A stretch of 63,749 nt of DNA from an uncultured Collinsella sp. (GTDB lineage Bacteria > Actinomycetota > Coriobacteriia > Coriobacteriales > Coriobacteriaceae), in contig URRT01000001.1 in assembly GCA_900550355.1 (NCBI GenBank), positions 1 to 63,749 on the forward strand, written 5' to 3'. A model generated the notes under the pieces. That model saw nothing but the letters and a program-made list of their open reading frames with translations, ran no database searches and was not told where the DNA came from. The stretch's first letter is position 1, and every line of letters begins with the position of its first letter. Of this stretch, positions 37,953-47,750 are shown one piece after another. The translations under genes and the position numbers were made by a program.

Positions 37953-38903
37953 ATGGTTAACGAGAAGAAGGTCGCTATTGTCGGCTGCGGTTTCGTCGGT
38001 TCGTCTTCGGCGTTCGCGCTGATGCAGAGCGGTCTGTTCTCCGAGATGGTCCTCATCGACGTGGACAAGAACCGCGCCGAGGGCGAGGCCCTGGATATCG
38101 CGCACGGCATGACGTTTGCCGAGCCGATGAAGATCTACGCCGGCGATTATTCCGATGTCGCCGACGCCGCCATGATCGTCGTCACCGCTGGCGCTGCCCA
38201 GAAGCCCGGTGAGACCCGCCTGGACCTGGTCAACAAGAACGTCAACATCTTTAAGTCCATTATCCCCGAGATTAAGAAGTCTGGCTTTGACGGCATTCTG
38301 CTCATCGTCTCCAACCCGGTCGATGTTCTGACTTATGCCGCCATCAAGATGTCCGGCTTGCCCGAGGGTCATGTCATCGGCTCCGGCACCGTACTCGACA
38401 CCGGCCGTCTGCAGCAGATGCTTGGCGCCCACGTCGAGGTTGACCCGCGCGACGTTCAGGCCTACGTCATGGGTGAGCACGGCGACTCCGAGTTTGTCGC
38501 TTGGTCCAGCGCTCAGGTTGCCGGCGTGCCACTGAACACCTTCTGCGAGCTTCACGGCCATCTGGAGCATGAGGCTGCTGAGAAGCGTATCGCCGAGGAC
38601 GTCAAGAACTCCGCCTACACCATCATCGAGAAGAAGCACGCCACCTACTATGGCGTCGCCATGGCCGTCAAGCGCATCTGCACCGCCGTCATGCGCGATG
38701 AGCAGACCGTTCTGCCCGTCTCCTCGCTCATGGTGGGCGAGTATGGCCTGTCCGATCTCGCCATCTCTATGCCGACCGTCGTTGGCCGCGACGGCGTTGT
38801 CTGCCGCGTCCCCGTGCCGCTGGACGATGACGAGCAGCATGAGCTCACCGCCTCCGCCAAGGCCCTCAAGGACATCATCGACAGCGTCGACTTTTCCTGC
38901 TAA
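37953..38903 (+). CDS. ldh: L-lactate dehydrogenase
   Basis: GCGFVG, AQKPGETRLDL, NPVD, GSGTVLDTGR, GEHGDS. Confidence 0.95.
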   Translation: MVNEKKVAIVGCGFVGSSSAFALMQSGLFSEMVLIDVDKNRAEGEALDIAHGMTFAEPMKIYAGDYSDVADAAMIVVTAGAAQKPGETRLDLVNKNVNIFKSIIPEIKKSGFDGILLIVSNPVDVLTYAAIKMSGLPEGHVIGSGTVLDTGRLQQMLGAHVEVDPRDVQAYVMGEHGDSEFVAWSSAQVAGVPLNTFCELHGHLEHEAAEKRIAEDVKNSAYTIIEKKHATYYGVAMAVKRICTAVMRDEQTVLPVSSLMVGEYGLSDLAISMPTVVGRDGVVCRVPVPLDDDEQHELTASAKALKDIIDSVDFSC

Positions 38904-38969
38904 ATCGAGCTCGCTAGAGCGAAAAGCTACAATGAAGGCGTCCGGGTCAACGCGGCCCGGGCGCCTTTT

Positions 38970-39000
38970 TGGTGCGAGGGGGTCAGGTTACTTTGCACCA
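38970..39000. repeat. 31-bp REP-like element, inverted partner of 40196-40226
   Basis: 26/31 identity to the reverse complement of 40196-40226. Confidence 0.6.
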
Positions 39001-39030
39001 CCCCAATGCACCATAGTTGATGGGAGGGCC

Positions 39031-40191
39031 ATGTCGGATTCGCCTAATTTTTTGACCTATGCCCAGACGGCGTTTGATCCGTTTGAGGAACGGCCGTTCT
39101 GCGCGGTGGATAGCCTGGTCTTTGCGTGGTTGTCCTATTTGCGTTTGCCGGGTGATATGGCGGAGCTGACGAACTGGCAGGGCCTAGACGTACGCGAGCT
39201 GCTGCGCGCCGAGTGCTACCAAGACATGATTGGCGACCTGTGGGATCCGGAGGGGAGCCGTGCCCTGTTGGAGGCTGTGGCAGCAAGCCCTCGCTACCGT
39301 GGCGTTCGTGTTTGCGGCTATCGTAGCGTGAGTGATGCCGAGACAACGGAGCAGTTTGCGGCCATGACGTTCCGATTTCCGGCGGGGTTTAGCTATCTTG
39401 CCTTCCGGGGGACCGACAGCACGATTGTGGGCTGGAAAGAGGACTTTAACATGGCGTTCCGGTGTCCTGTGCCGGCCCAGGAATCCGCGGCGCGTTATGT
39501 AGACGAGGCGGCGGATGCGATTGACGGGCCGCTTTTGTGCGGAGGTCATTCCAAGGGTGGAAACCTTGCGGTGTACGGTGCGGCGATGTGCCCCGATGTC
39601 GCCCGTGAGCGAATCGAACGGGCGTATTCCCATGATGGTCCGGGCTTCGTCGAGGAGTTTCTGAGCGGCAACGCCTTCGCCGACCTATCCGGTCGAATCG
39701 ACAAGACGCTACCTCGGTCGTCAATCTTTGGCATGATGTTCGAGACACAGGAGGACTATGCCATCGTTGAGAGCACCGAGTTCAGCCTGCTTCAGCATAA
39801 TCCCTTTAGCTGGGTGGTTGATGGTCGCGACTTCGTGTACTGTGAGCGCCTGTCCGCCGGTGCTCGATACGTTGATGGCTCCATTCGCGAGATGCTGCTT
39901 GCGGTGTCGCCTAGCGAGCGCGAGCGTTTTGTAGATGCGTTGTTCTCCGTGCTTGAGGCTACGGGTGCTGAGCGGTTTGCGGATATCGCTGGGAATCTGC
40001 GCGAGAGCCTGCCCGTGATGCTCCAGGCTGCGCAAGGCTTTGACAAGGATACGCGACGCTTTGTCTCGCAGACCATCGCGGCAATCCTAAAATGTGCGCT
40101 TCTGCCCAAACGTCCCCAGATCGACATGCCCGCTGCCGGCAAGAGCTTGGCAGAACAGCTCGAGGCTTGGCAGTCCGAGCTCCTGCGCTAG
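39031..40191 (+). CDS. DUF2974/Mbeg1-like alpha/beta hydrolase
   Basis: AFRGTD...GWKEDF, GHSKGG, HDGPGF. Confidence 0.85.
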   Translation: MSDSPNFLTYAQTAFDPFEERPFCAVDSLVFAWLSYLRLPGDMAELTNWQGLDVRELLRAECYQDMIGDLWDPEGSRALLEAVAASPRYRGVRVCGYRSVSDAETTEQFAAMTFRFPAGFSYLAFRGTDSTIVGWKEDFNMAFRCPVPAQESAARYVDEAADAIDGPLLCGGHSKGGNLAVYGAAMCPDVARERIERAYSHDGPGFVEEFLSGNAFADLSGRIDKTLPRSSIFGMMFETQEDYAIVESTEFSLLQHNPFSWVVDGRDFVYCERLSAGARYVDGSIREMLLAVSPSERERFVDALFSVLEATGAERFADIAGNLRESLPVMLQAAQGFDKDTRRFVSQTIAAILKCALLPKRPQIDMPAAGKSLAEQLEAWQSELLR

Positions 40192-40195
40192 CCAT

Positions 40196-40226
40196 TGGTG
40201 CAAAGCAACCTGTCCCCGATGCACCA
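40196..40226. repeat. 31-bp REP-like element
   Basis: tggtgcaaagcaacctgtccccgatgcacca; self-complementary ends and AACCTGTCCC core. Confidence 0.6.
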
Positions 40227-40302
40227 ATCTTCGATACGCTTGGGGTAGGCTCGACCGCTATACTGGTTCGTGCTCAATTCGATCTAGAACGGAATGCCGT
40301 AT

Positions 40303-41307
40303 ATGAAAATCAATCACGCAATCCTGCATATCCTGGACTTTGACTCGGCCGTCAACGTTATGAGCCAGCGCGAGCTCGATATCGAAAGCCGTACCGTGCG
40401 CAATTTTGTAACCACGCATCTGCGCCGCGCACGCACCTCGGCCGACAATAAACGCGCCACGTTTGCCGAGAACTCCGCATTCGGCGGCGAGCTCAAGGGC
40501 TATTTCTTTGGCGAGCGCGAGTTCGTGGACCTGTCGCAGCAGATTGCGGAGTTTATCTCCTCCGAGCTCACCAAAGCCGAGAAAGCCGAGTCTACCGATG
40601 TGCTCGTGGCTGATTTTGACGACGATGAGGATGCCCGCTGGTTTGCCGTGATGCTGCTGGGCTCCAAGCAGGCTTTTATGCACGAGGTGGGCCGCGAGGA
40701 GGGGGAGGTGCGCAACGACATCGCGCGCCACTACGCTATTCTGCCAAACCCCTCGCAAAAGGTTCCAAGCTATGCCATCGTGCGTGCGAGCACCATGGAG
40801 ATCGGCTACGTGGACAAGAAGCGCAAGATTGCCGGCGAGGACCGTATGCTTATCCCCGATGGCCTGCTGCAGTGCGACACGGGCGTATCGGGCAAGGAGG
40901 TCATCGACACCGTGACGCGTGTGGTCGAGGAAGTCGCCGAGGAGCACGGTGCCAATACGGCCGTGGCGCTCGCCAAGGTTAAGGCTGCCGTTGCCGAGAA
41001 AGTCGAGGATGACGAGGAGCTGCCGCCTTGGGATATTGTCGACGAAGTCTTTGAGGACGAGCCGGTCATCAAGGAGAGCGTGCGTGCGGCACTGACTGAG
41101 GAGAAGGTGCCTGAGCGTGTGCCCGTGGAGCGCAAGCAGGTCGAACGCGCGGCGGTGCGCAACCACAAAATCCGTACCGACACGGGCATCGAGATCAGCT
41201 TCCCGGCCGAGATGGGTTCGAACTCTGAGTACATCGAGTTTGTCAACGAGCCCAACGGCCTCATCTCCATCGAGCTCAAGAATATCGGCAGCATCGAGAA
41301 TCGATAA
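40303..41307 (+). CDS. Nucleoid-associated protein (YejK/NA-37-like)
   Basis: INHAILHILD N-terminus; KIRTDTGIEISFP..IEFVNEPNG.ISIELKNI C-terminus. Confidence 0.78.
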   Translation: MKINHAILHILDFDSAVNVMSQRELDIESRTVRNFVTTHLRRARTSADNKRATFAENSAFGGELKGYFFGEREFVDLSQQIAEFISSELTKAEKAESTDVLVADFDDDEDARWFAVMLLGSKQAFMHEVGREEGEVRNDIARHYAILPNPSQKVPSYAIVRASTMEIGYVDKKRKIAGEDRMLIPDGLLQCDTGVSGKEVIDTVTRVVEEVAEEHGANTAVALAKVKAAVAEKVEDDEELPPWDIVDEVFEDEPVIKESVRAALTEEKVPERVPVERKQVERAAVRNHKIRTDTGIEISFPAEMGSNSEYIEFVNEPNGLISIELKNIGSIENR

Positions 41308-41335
41308 GTTGCGTTACGTCTACAGCGAGAAAGCA

Positions 41336-41368
41336 AAGGCCGAAGCTCCTTGGGGCTTCGGCCTTCTT
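41336..41368. terminator. Terminator between convergent genes
   Basis: aaggccgaagc...gcttcggcctt. Confidence 0.7.
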
Positions 41369-41440
41369 GTTTGGGGATGAATTGCCCCGCAGGTTGAGCA
41401 TAAGTCAGCGAAAACGCGGTTTGTCAAAACCGCGTAACTA

Positions 41441-42140
41441 TTAAAGTTGACGTAAGCCCTCTTCCAGACCGGTCTTGCTATCGGTCTGGGCGTCGCGCAT
41501 CTTGATGACGCGGGCGGGGACACCGGCCACGACGGCGCCGGCGGGGACGTCTTCGACGCACACGGCGCCGGCGGCAACGACAGCACCCTTGCCCACGCGC
41601 ACGCCCTCCAGGACCACGGCGTTGGCGCCAATCATGACATCATCCTCGATGATGACAGGCGTGGCGCTCGCGGGCTCAACGACGCCCGCCAACACAGTGC
41701 CGGCGCCGATATGGCAGTTCTTACCCACGGTGGCGCGGCCGCCCCTCGATGCCCTCGCCGATAACGGAGCCGATGTTGATGATGGCACCCATCATGATGA
41801 CGGCGCGGTCGCCGATCTCGACGCGGTCGCGGATGATTGCGCCCGGCTCGATGCGGGCGTTGATGCCTTTAAGGTCGAGCATGGGGACGGCGGAGTTGCG
41901 GCAGTCATTCTCGACGTCGTAGTAGTCGATGGAGTCGGCATTGGCATCGAGGATGGTCTTGAGCTCATCCCAGTCGCCAAAGACGGTCTTGCCACGACGA
42001 CCGCCGTAGACGTGTGCATTGCCCCACTGGACCTTCATGCCCGGCTTCTCGCGCACGTACAGCTTGACGGGCGTTTTTTTGGGCGCGGTGGCGATGTAGC
42101 TGATAATCTCCTGTGCATCCATCTCGGCTGCGTTGCTCAT
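41441..42140 (-). pseudogene. dapH: Tetrahydrodipicolinate N-acetyltransferase, frameshifted
   Basis: KKTPVK..RNSAVPMLD..ARIEPGAIIRD in one frame; [21 protein letters not shown] in another; junction ~41740-41752. Confidence 0.85.
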
Positions 42141-42179
42141 TTGCTATCTCTCCTTTGGGTGGATTCGGTTGATACCTGG

Positions 42180-42920
42180 TTAGGCGAACATGACCTGGTC
42201 AAACGTATAGAAGCCGGGTTCGCGGGTGACGAGCTTCTGCGCGGCTGCCAAGGCGCCGTTGACAAAGATCTGACGGCTCGTGGCGCGGTGGGTGAGCGTG
42301 ACCTCCTCGTCCTGGCCAAAGAAACTCACCTCGTGCACGCCGGCGACGGTGCCGCCGCGCAGCGAGTGCATGCCGATCTCCTTGGGGTCGCGCGCTCCGC
42401 ACATGCCCTCACGGCCATAGACGGGGTGGTAGCCTGTCTCGGGCTCGGCCTCGACGACGGCATCCAGCAGCAACTTGGCAGTGCCGCTGGGGGCATCGAC
42501 CTTTTGGTTATGGTGCGTCTCGACGATTTCGCAGTCAAAGCCGGGCAACTCGCGTGTGGCCTGTGCTACCAGATGACGCAGGGCTGCGATGCCGATGGAG
42601 TAATTGCCCGAGTGCATGACGCGGGCGTTCTGACCCAGCTCGCGCAGGCGGTCCATCTGATCGGGTGTGTAGCCCGTGGTGCCCGAGACCAACGCGGCGC
42701 CCGTGCGCTCGACATAGGCGACGACGGCATCGAAGGTCACGACGTTCGAGAAGTCGATGATGACGTCGGCTGCCGGGGCGCTCTCGAGCTCGGACAGATC
42801 AAAACCGATCTGTCCGACGATATCAAAAACGGGCTGCCCGCCGGCGTCGACAATGCCTTCGGCGGTAGTGCGGATGAGCGAGCCCATGCGGCCCGTTCCC
42901 ATAATGACGGTCTTAATCAA
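42180..42920 (-). CDS. dapB: 4-hydroxy-tetrahydrodipicolinate reductase
   Basis: GTGRMG, IDFS, GTTG, ETHHNQKVDAPSGTA. Confidence 0.95.
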   Translation of the reverse strand: MIKTVIMGTGRMGSLIRTTAEGIVDAGGQPVFDIVGQIGFDLSELESAPAADVIIDFSNVVTFDAVVAYVERTGAALVSGTTGYTPDQMDRLRELGQNARVMHSGNYSIGIAALRHLVAQATRELPGFDCEIVETHHNQKVDAPSGTAKLLLDAVVEAEPETGYHPVYGREGMCGARDPKEIGMHSLRGGTVAGVHEVSFFGQDEEVTLTHRATSRQIFVNGALAAAQKLVTREPGFYTFDQVMFA

Positions 42921-43803
42921 GCAGACCAGCTCCCTTCAGAGCATCGGTAAGTGCGGCTCGCGTGTCGTCTGCCATGGGGCACAGCGGCATACGGTAGTTT
43001 GCCTCGATCATGCCCATCTGGGCGAGCGCTTCCTTGACGGGGATGGGGTTGACCTCGCTAAAGAGGGCATTGATGAGCGGCTGGCCGGCAATTTGGATAT
43101 CGCGGGCGCGTGCCACGTCACCGTCCAGATAGGCGCGGCACATGTCGTGCACGAGCTGCGGCTGCACGTCGGCCCATACGCTGATGGTACCCGAGGCGCC
43201 CAGGCTCATGAGCGGTACGGTAAGCGCGTCCTCGCCCGAGTACATGCGGAAGTCGTCGGACAGCAGGTGGGCGATCTTGGCCGCGTAGGCGACGTTGCCA
43301 GAGGCTTCCTTAATACCCATGATGTTAGGATGTGCGGCAAGGCGCTCTACGTTGCGCTCGCTGATACCGCAGCCGCAGCGGCCGGGGATGTTGTACAGGA
43401 TGCAGGGGATGTCAACGGCATCGGCGACGGTCTTAAAGTGCTGATAGATACCCTCTTCGTTGGACTTGTTGTAGTAGGGGGTAATGAGCAGCAGACCGTC
43501 GGCGCCCAGGCCCTGATAGGTGAGCGACTTGGTGAGCATGGTCTGCGTGGAGTTGGAGCCCGAGCCGGCGATGACGGGGACGCGTCCTGCAACATGCTTG
43601 ACCACGGCGGCGACGACGGAGTTGTCCTCGTCATCGGTCATCGTGGCGCTCTCACCGGTGGTGCCCAGGGTGAGGATGGCGTCGGTGCCATTTTGCAAGT
43701 GGAAATCGATAAGGCGCTCGAGCGCGTCAAAGTCGACGCTGCCGTCCTTTTTAAACGGCGTGACGAGGGCGACGATCGAGCCCTCGAGGTTGCGGATATC
43801 CAT
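42913..43803 (-). CDS. dapA: 4-hydroxy-tetrahydrodipicolinate synthase (DapA part, with its own RBS and ATG)
   Basis: ALVTPF, GTTGES, TPYYNK, YNIPGR, GIKEASG; AAGGAG RBS before ATG 43803. Confidence 0.88.
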   Translation of the reverse strand: MDIRNLEGSIVALVTPFKKDGSVDFDALERLIDFHLQNGTDAILTLGTTGESATMTDDEDNSVVAAVVKHVAGRVPVIAGSGSNSTQTMLTKSLTYQGLGADGLLLITPYYNKSNEEGIYQHFKTVADAVDIPCILYNIPGRCGCGISERNVERLAAHPNIMGIKEASGNVAYAAKIAHLLSDDFRMYSGEDALTVPLMSLGASGTISVWADVQPQLVHDMCRAYLDGDVARARDIQIAGQPLINALFSEVNPIPVKEALAQMGMIEANYRMPLCPMADDTRAALTDALKGAGLLD

Positions 43804-45222
43804 GTTCTTCTCCTTCGCTTCCGCGATCTGGATGCGTTTGTTCCATTGGGCGGCGACGGCCAGGCGCTCGTCCTGAGCGCGACGACGAGCGTTTTCGGCA
43901 CGCGATTTGGCCAGCAGCTCACGGCCGCACGGCAGCACGTCGAGCGTGGCAAAATAATCGCCCGGGCGCTCGGCGCGGCGGATAAGGTCGGCCGAGCCGT
44001 CGGGGCGCAGCAACACCTCGGCCGAGCGCAGCCGTCCGTTGTAGTTGTAGCCCATGGAGTAGCCATGCGCACCGGTATCGTGGATTACAAGCAGGTCACC
44101 CATGTCGATATGCGGCAGCTTGCGATCGATAGCGAACTTGTCGTTGTTCTCGCATAGGTTGCCCGTGATGTCATAGGTGTTCGTGACGGGCGCTGTGGCC
44201 TTGTCGGCGCCGCCCGGCTGACCCATCACCGTAATGTGGTGGTAGGCGCCATACATGGCAGGGCGAATCAAATCGACGGCGCTTGCATCGACACCGATAT
44301 AGTCCTTGTAGATCTGCTTCTCGTGGATAGCCTTGGTGACCAGGCAGCCGTAGGGACCCATCATAAAGCGGCCCATCTCAGTGCAGATGGCCACATCGCC
44401 CATGCCGGCGGGAACCAGGGTCTCGTCGTATGCCGCGTGTACTCCCTCGCCGATGGCGCGAATGTCGTTGGCCTGCTGCTCGGGCAGGTAGGGGATGCCG
44501 ACGCCGCCGGACAGATTGATGAAGACGACGTGTGCGCCGGTCTCGCGCTCCAGGCGTACGGCAAGCTCAAAGAGGATGCGCGCGAGCTTGGGGTAGTAGT
44601 CGTTGGTGACGGTGTTGCTGGCAAGGAATGCGTGGATGCCAAAGTCCTCGGCACCCTTGGCCTTGAGCATGCGGAAGGCCTCGAAGAGCTGCTCGGTGGT
44701 CATGCCATATTTGGAGTCGCCCGGGTTGTCCATGATGCCGTTGGAGAGCTGGAACAGGCCGCCTGGATTAAAGCGGCAGCTGACCGTCTTGGGGATGGGC
44801 CCCGCAACACGCTCAAAGAACTCAATGTGGCTGATGTCGTCAAAGTTGACGATGGCACCCAGCTTGTCGGCGAGCTCAAAGTCGGCAGCCGGCGTGTCGT
44901 TGGACGAGAACATGATGTCGTGTCCCGTGATACCCAGTGAGCGGGCGATCATGAGTTCGGTATAGCTCGAGCAATCGCAGCCGCAGCCGTATTCGTTGAG
45001 AATGGAGATGAGCGCCGGGTTGGGGTTGGCCTTGACGGCAAAGTATTCCTTAAAGCCCGGGTTCCATGCAAAGGCGTCGCGCACTTCTTGCATGTTGCGG
45101 CGGATGCCCGCCTCGTCGTATAGATGAAACGGCGTGGGGAACTGCTCGACGATATGCTCGAGTGTCTCCTTGTCCACAAACGGCTGCTTGGCCGCATATG
45201 CCTCATTGGGGGTCAATGCCAT
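42913..45222 (-). CDS. lysA: Diaminopimelate decarboxylase read in frame into DapA (LysA-DapA fusion ORF)
   Basis: FAVKAN, SKYG, GNLCENND, YNGRLR; no stop before the DapA domain. Confidence 0.88.
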   Translation of the reverse strand: MALTPNEAYAAKQPFVDKETLEHIVEQFPTPFHLYDEAGIRRNMQEVRDAFAWNPGFKEYFAVKANPNPALISILNEYGCGCDCSSYTELMIARSLGITGHDIMFSSNDTPAADFELADKLGAIVNFDDISHIEFFERVAGPIPKTVSCRFNPGGLFQLSNGIMDNPGDSKYGMTTEQLFEAFRMLKAKGAEDFGIHAFLASNTVTNDYYPKLARILFELAVRLERETGAHVVFINLSGGVGIPYLPEQQANDIRAIGEGVHAAYDETLVPAGMGDVAICTEMGRFMMGPYGCLVTKAIHEKQIYKDYIGVDASAVDLIRPAMYGAYHHITVMGQPGGADKATAPVTNTYDITGNLCENNDKFAIDRKLPHIDMGDLLVIHDTGAHGYSMGYNYNGRLRSAEVLLRPDGSADLIRRAERPGDYFATLDVLPCGRELLAKSRAENARRRAQDERLAVAAQWNKRIQIAEAKEKNMDIRNLEGSIVALVTPFKKDGSVDFDALERLIDFHLQNGTDAILTLGTTGESATMTDDEDNSVVAAVVKHVAGRVPVIAGSGSNSTQTMLTKSLTYQGLGADGLLLITPYYNKSNEEGIYQHFKTVADAVDIPCILYNIPGRCGCGISERNVERLAAHPNIMGIKEASGNVAYAAKIAHLLSDDFRMYSGEDALTVPLMSLGASGTISVWADVQPQLVHDMCRAYLDGDVARARDIQIAGQPLINALFSEVNPIPVKEALAQMGMIEANYRMPLCPMADDTRAALTDALKGAGLLD

Positions 45223-45293
45223 GTCCCGTAAACCTCGCTATCCAGACGGCGCCATCTGCGCATCGAATCCGCATAGCGTGGACCCAATGTCCG

Positions 45294-45450
45294 GATAGCG
45301 CTCCCGCATTGCTGCAGACAGTCCTGTGGGTGTTTCCCACAGGCCCACCAGGTTGTTCGTGCCCGAAAAGCCCAGTTCGGCGGGTTTCGCCTCCCCACGG
45401 GGTCAAAGCCTGCCGGCTCGCCCGCGGTTCTTCGTGCCCGCGCCTCTATC
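45294..45450 (-). ncRNA. Lysine riboswitch (L-box)
   Basis: AGAGGCGC...CGCCGAA...GACTGTC...GGAGCGCT conserved segments upstream of lysA. Confidence 0.88.
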
Positions 45451-45599
45451 AAGTGGTAACGACCCTACCACGTTGCACTTTACCAAACAAGAGTATTCGT
45501 ATATAACGTTTAAAAAATGCAGGGATATGCTGGAAACATGTGCGCCACAATCCTGTATCACAATAAGTTGCACAGATGTGCCTCACGAAGGGATCCTCT

Positions 45600-46787
45600 A
45601 TGACCGAGCTCCAAGAACTCCGTCGCTATCGCCGCGATCTCCATCGCATTCCGGAGCTCGATTTCGATCTTCCGCAAACCATTGCCTATATCGAGGGCGT
45701 GTTGGCACCGCTTACCTGCGAAGTGACCCATCCGTGCCCCAGCTGCGTCTGTGCTTTCTTTGACGCCGGCGTTGATGCCGCGCATGCCACGGCGATTCGC
45801 GCCGATATGGATGCGCTGCCCATCGCGGAGGCGACGGGAGCGGCCTTTGCCTCGACCCATCCCGGCAAGATGCACGCTTGCGGACATGACGGACACATGG
45901 TCATGGCGCTTGCCGCCGCGACGTATGTCGACCGTACGATTCGCGAACAGCCGGGCGCCATTAGGCGCAACGTTCTCTTTGTGTTCCAGCCGGCCGAGGA
46001 AACGACCGGTGGTGCCAAGACGGTATGCGAGAGTGGTGTGTTCGAGCGTTACGGGGCGGATCGCATCTTCGGCTTCCACGTGTGGCCCGATCTGCCCGCC
46101 GGCACGTTGGCGAGCTGCCCCGGTCCGCTGCTGGCGCGTTCGAGCGAGACGCATATCCATATTCACGGTACGAGCATCCACATCGCTAAGACCTATGGTG
46201 TGCCGGTTGGGGAGTCGCACGATGCCGCGTTGGCGGCAGCGAAGTTTTTGGTTGCCGAGCGCGAGCTGATGGACGAGCTGGGCACCGACGAGCCCTGTAT
46301 CGGTAAGTTTGGTCTGCTGCAGGCAGGCACCGTCTGCAATGCGGTGGCGGGGGAGGCCCATGTGGCCGGAAGCCTGCGTGTGTTTACGGACGACATGTTC
46401 GACCGTGCGCGCGAGGGCGTACGCCGTGTGCTCGACGAGGCGTGCACCGCAACGGGCTGCACGTACGATCTCGACTTTGCCGAGGGCTATCCGCCGGTCG
46501 ACAACGACCCCGAGCTATTTGCCAATGTCGCGCCTGCCTTGCCTGAGCTGCAGCTCGTGGATGAGCCTTTGCTGATTGCCGAGGACTTCGCCTTTTACCA
46601 GCGCCATCTGCCGGGCGTGTTCTTCTTGCTGGGCACGGGTGTGCCAGAGGGGCAAGAAAACCCGATTGACGCTGATGGCTGCCCAGCCTATGCGATGAGC
46701 GCTCTTCACACTGATACCATGCTCTTTGACGAGGAAATCCTGCTCAAAGGCCTCGATGTCTACAAACGATTGCTTAACTTGGAGTGA
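45600..46787 (+). CDS. M20 amidohydrolase, probable N-acetyl-DAP deacetylase
   Basis: RRDLHRIPE, RADMDALP, MHACGHDGH, QPAEE, AEDF; divergent from the dap operon. Confidence 0.85.
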   Translation: MTELQELRRYRRDLHRIPELDFDLPQTIAYIEGVLAPLTCEVTHPCPSCVCAFFDAGVDAAHATAIRADMDALPIAEATGAAFASTHPGKMHACGHDGHMVMALAAATYVDRTIREQPGAIRRNVLFVFQPAEETTGGAKTVCESGVFERYGADRIFGFHVWPDLPAGTLASCPGPLLARSSETHIHIHGTSIHIAKTYGVPVGESHDAALAAAKFLVAERELMDELGTDEPCIGKFGLLQAGTVCNAVAGEAHVAGSLRVFTDDMFDRAREGVRRVLDEACTATGCTYDLDFAEGYPPVDNDPELFANVAPALPELQLVDEPLLIAEDFAFYQRHLPGVFFLLGTGVPEGQENPIDADGCPAYAMSALHTDTMLFDEEILLKGLDVYKRLLNLE

Positions 46788-47110
46788 TGATGAAGCGCCG
46801 ACAGACTGCCGTGTATAGTCCTGGTGGGTGCGGGTGCGGCTTGCTGCTGCTCCCGGTTATTGCTGTGAGCATTGGCGTGATGTTTGCGCTTGCTGGACTG
46901 GCCGCAGCGGCACTTGTGCTGTTGATTGTGGCCATTGGCGTGACGATTTGGCTTTGCCGCAATCGCGAGCAACGCCGTGCCGACGGTAAAACCACTGTCG
47001 GCTGGGTCGTCTTCCTGATTATTGCGTACCCGCTGAGTGCCAGCTACCTGGTGTTCTTTGTCCTGTTGATGATTAGCGCCTTTACTGGGGAATCCGTAAC
47101 GGTGGGTTGA
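46784..47110 (+). CDS. Hypothetical membrane protein
   Basis: Hydrophobic ORF overlapping the upstream stop. Confidence 0.6.
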   Translation: MMMKRRQTAVYSPGGCGCGLLLLPVIAVSIGVMFALAGLAAAALVLLIVAIGVTIWLCRNREQRRADGKTTVGWVVFLIIAYPLSASYLVFFVLLMISAFTGESVTVG

Positions 47111-47274
47111 CGCACTGCCAGCAGACGGTCGCGCAAAGTGCGTTTGCTCGGCGTTTGGATAACTGCATTGGCCGTTTACCGCAACCTTAGCTCTCAGCTA
47201 ATGAATTCAAGTTTAATCCTTCCTACGATGTGCTGTGTGCCGGCACGGTAGCCGGATCGTAGGAAGGATGAATA

Positions 47275-47718
47275 ATGGCAAAAGAGGGAAAGAAGCCGAT
47301 CGGCAAGATTGTCCTAGGCATCATCGTGGTGCTGGTTATTGTCGGTGCCGTGGGCTCTATGGGCGGCAACTCAACCGATTCGTCTGCGAGCGATTCGGCA
47401 AAACCTGCCGAGACGACACAGCAGGCTGAGGAGCAAAAAGAACCGCAAGAACCGTATACCATTGCTGACGAGGCTGAAGACACTTCCAATCAGTTTACCT
47501 ATAAGATCACGGGTACGCTGACCAATAACACGGACAAGGAAAAGAGCTACATTCAGATTGAATATGTTCTGTATGATGCCGATGGCAATCAGGTTGGAAC
47601 GGCTCTTGCAAACACCAATCATTTGAAGGCGGGCGGCTCCTGGAAGTTCGAGGCACTGGGCACGGTGTCTCCCGACCAGGTTGCTAGCTGGGAGCGTTCG
47701 GACGTAAGCGGTTTCTAG
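47275..47718 (+). CDS. Membrane-anchored FxLYD-domain protein
   Basis: N-terminal TM; ITGTLTN..YIQIEYVLYDADGNQVG...GGSWKF. Confidence 0.8.
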   Translation: MAKEGKKPIGKIVLGIIVVLVIVGAVGSMGGNSTDSSASDSAKPAETTQQAEEQKEPQEPYTIADEAEDTSNQFTYKITGTLTNNTDKEKSYIQIEYVLYDADGNQVGTALANTNHLKAGGSWKFEALGTVSPDQVASWERSDVSGF

Positions 47719-47750
47719 CATGTTGCATGCACTGGGGGAGGTGAGGCCGA

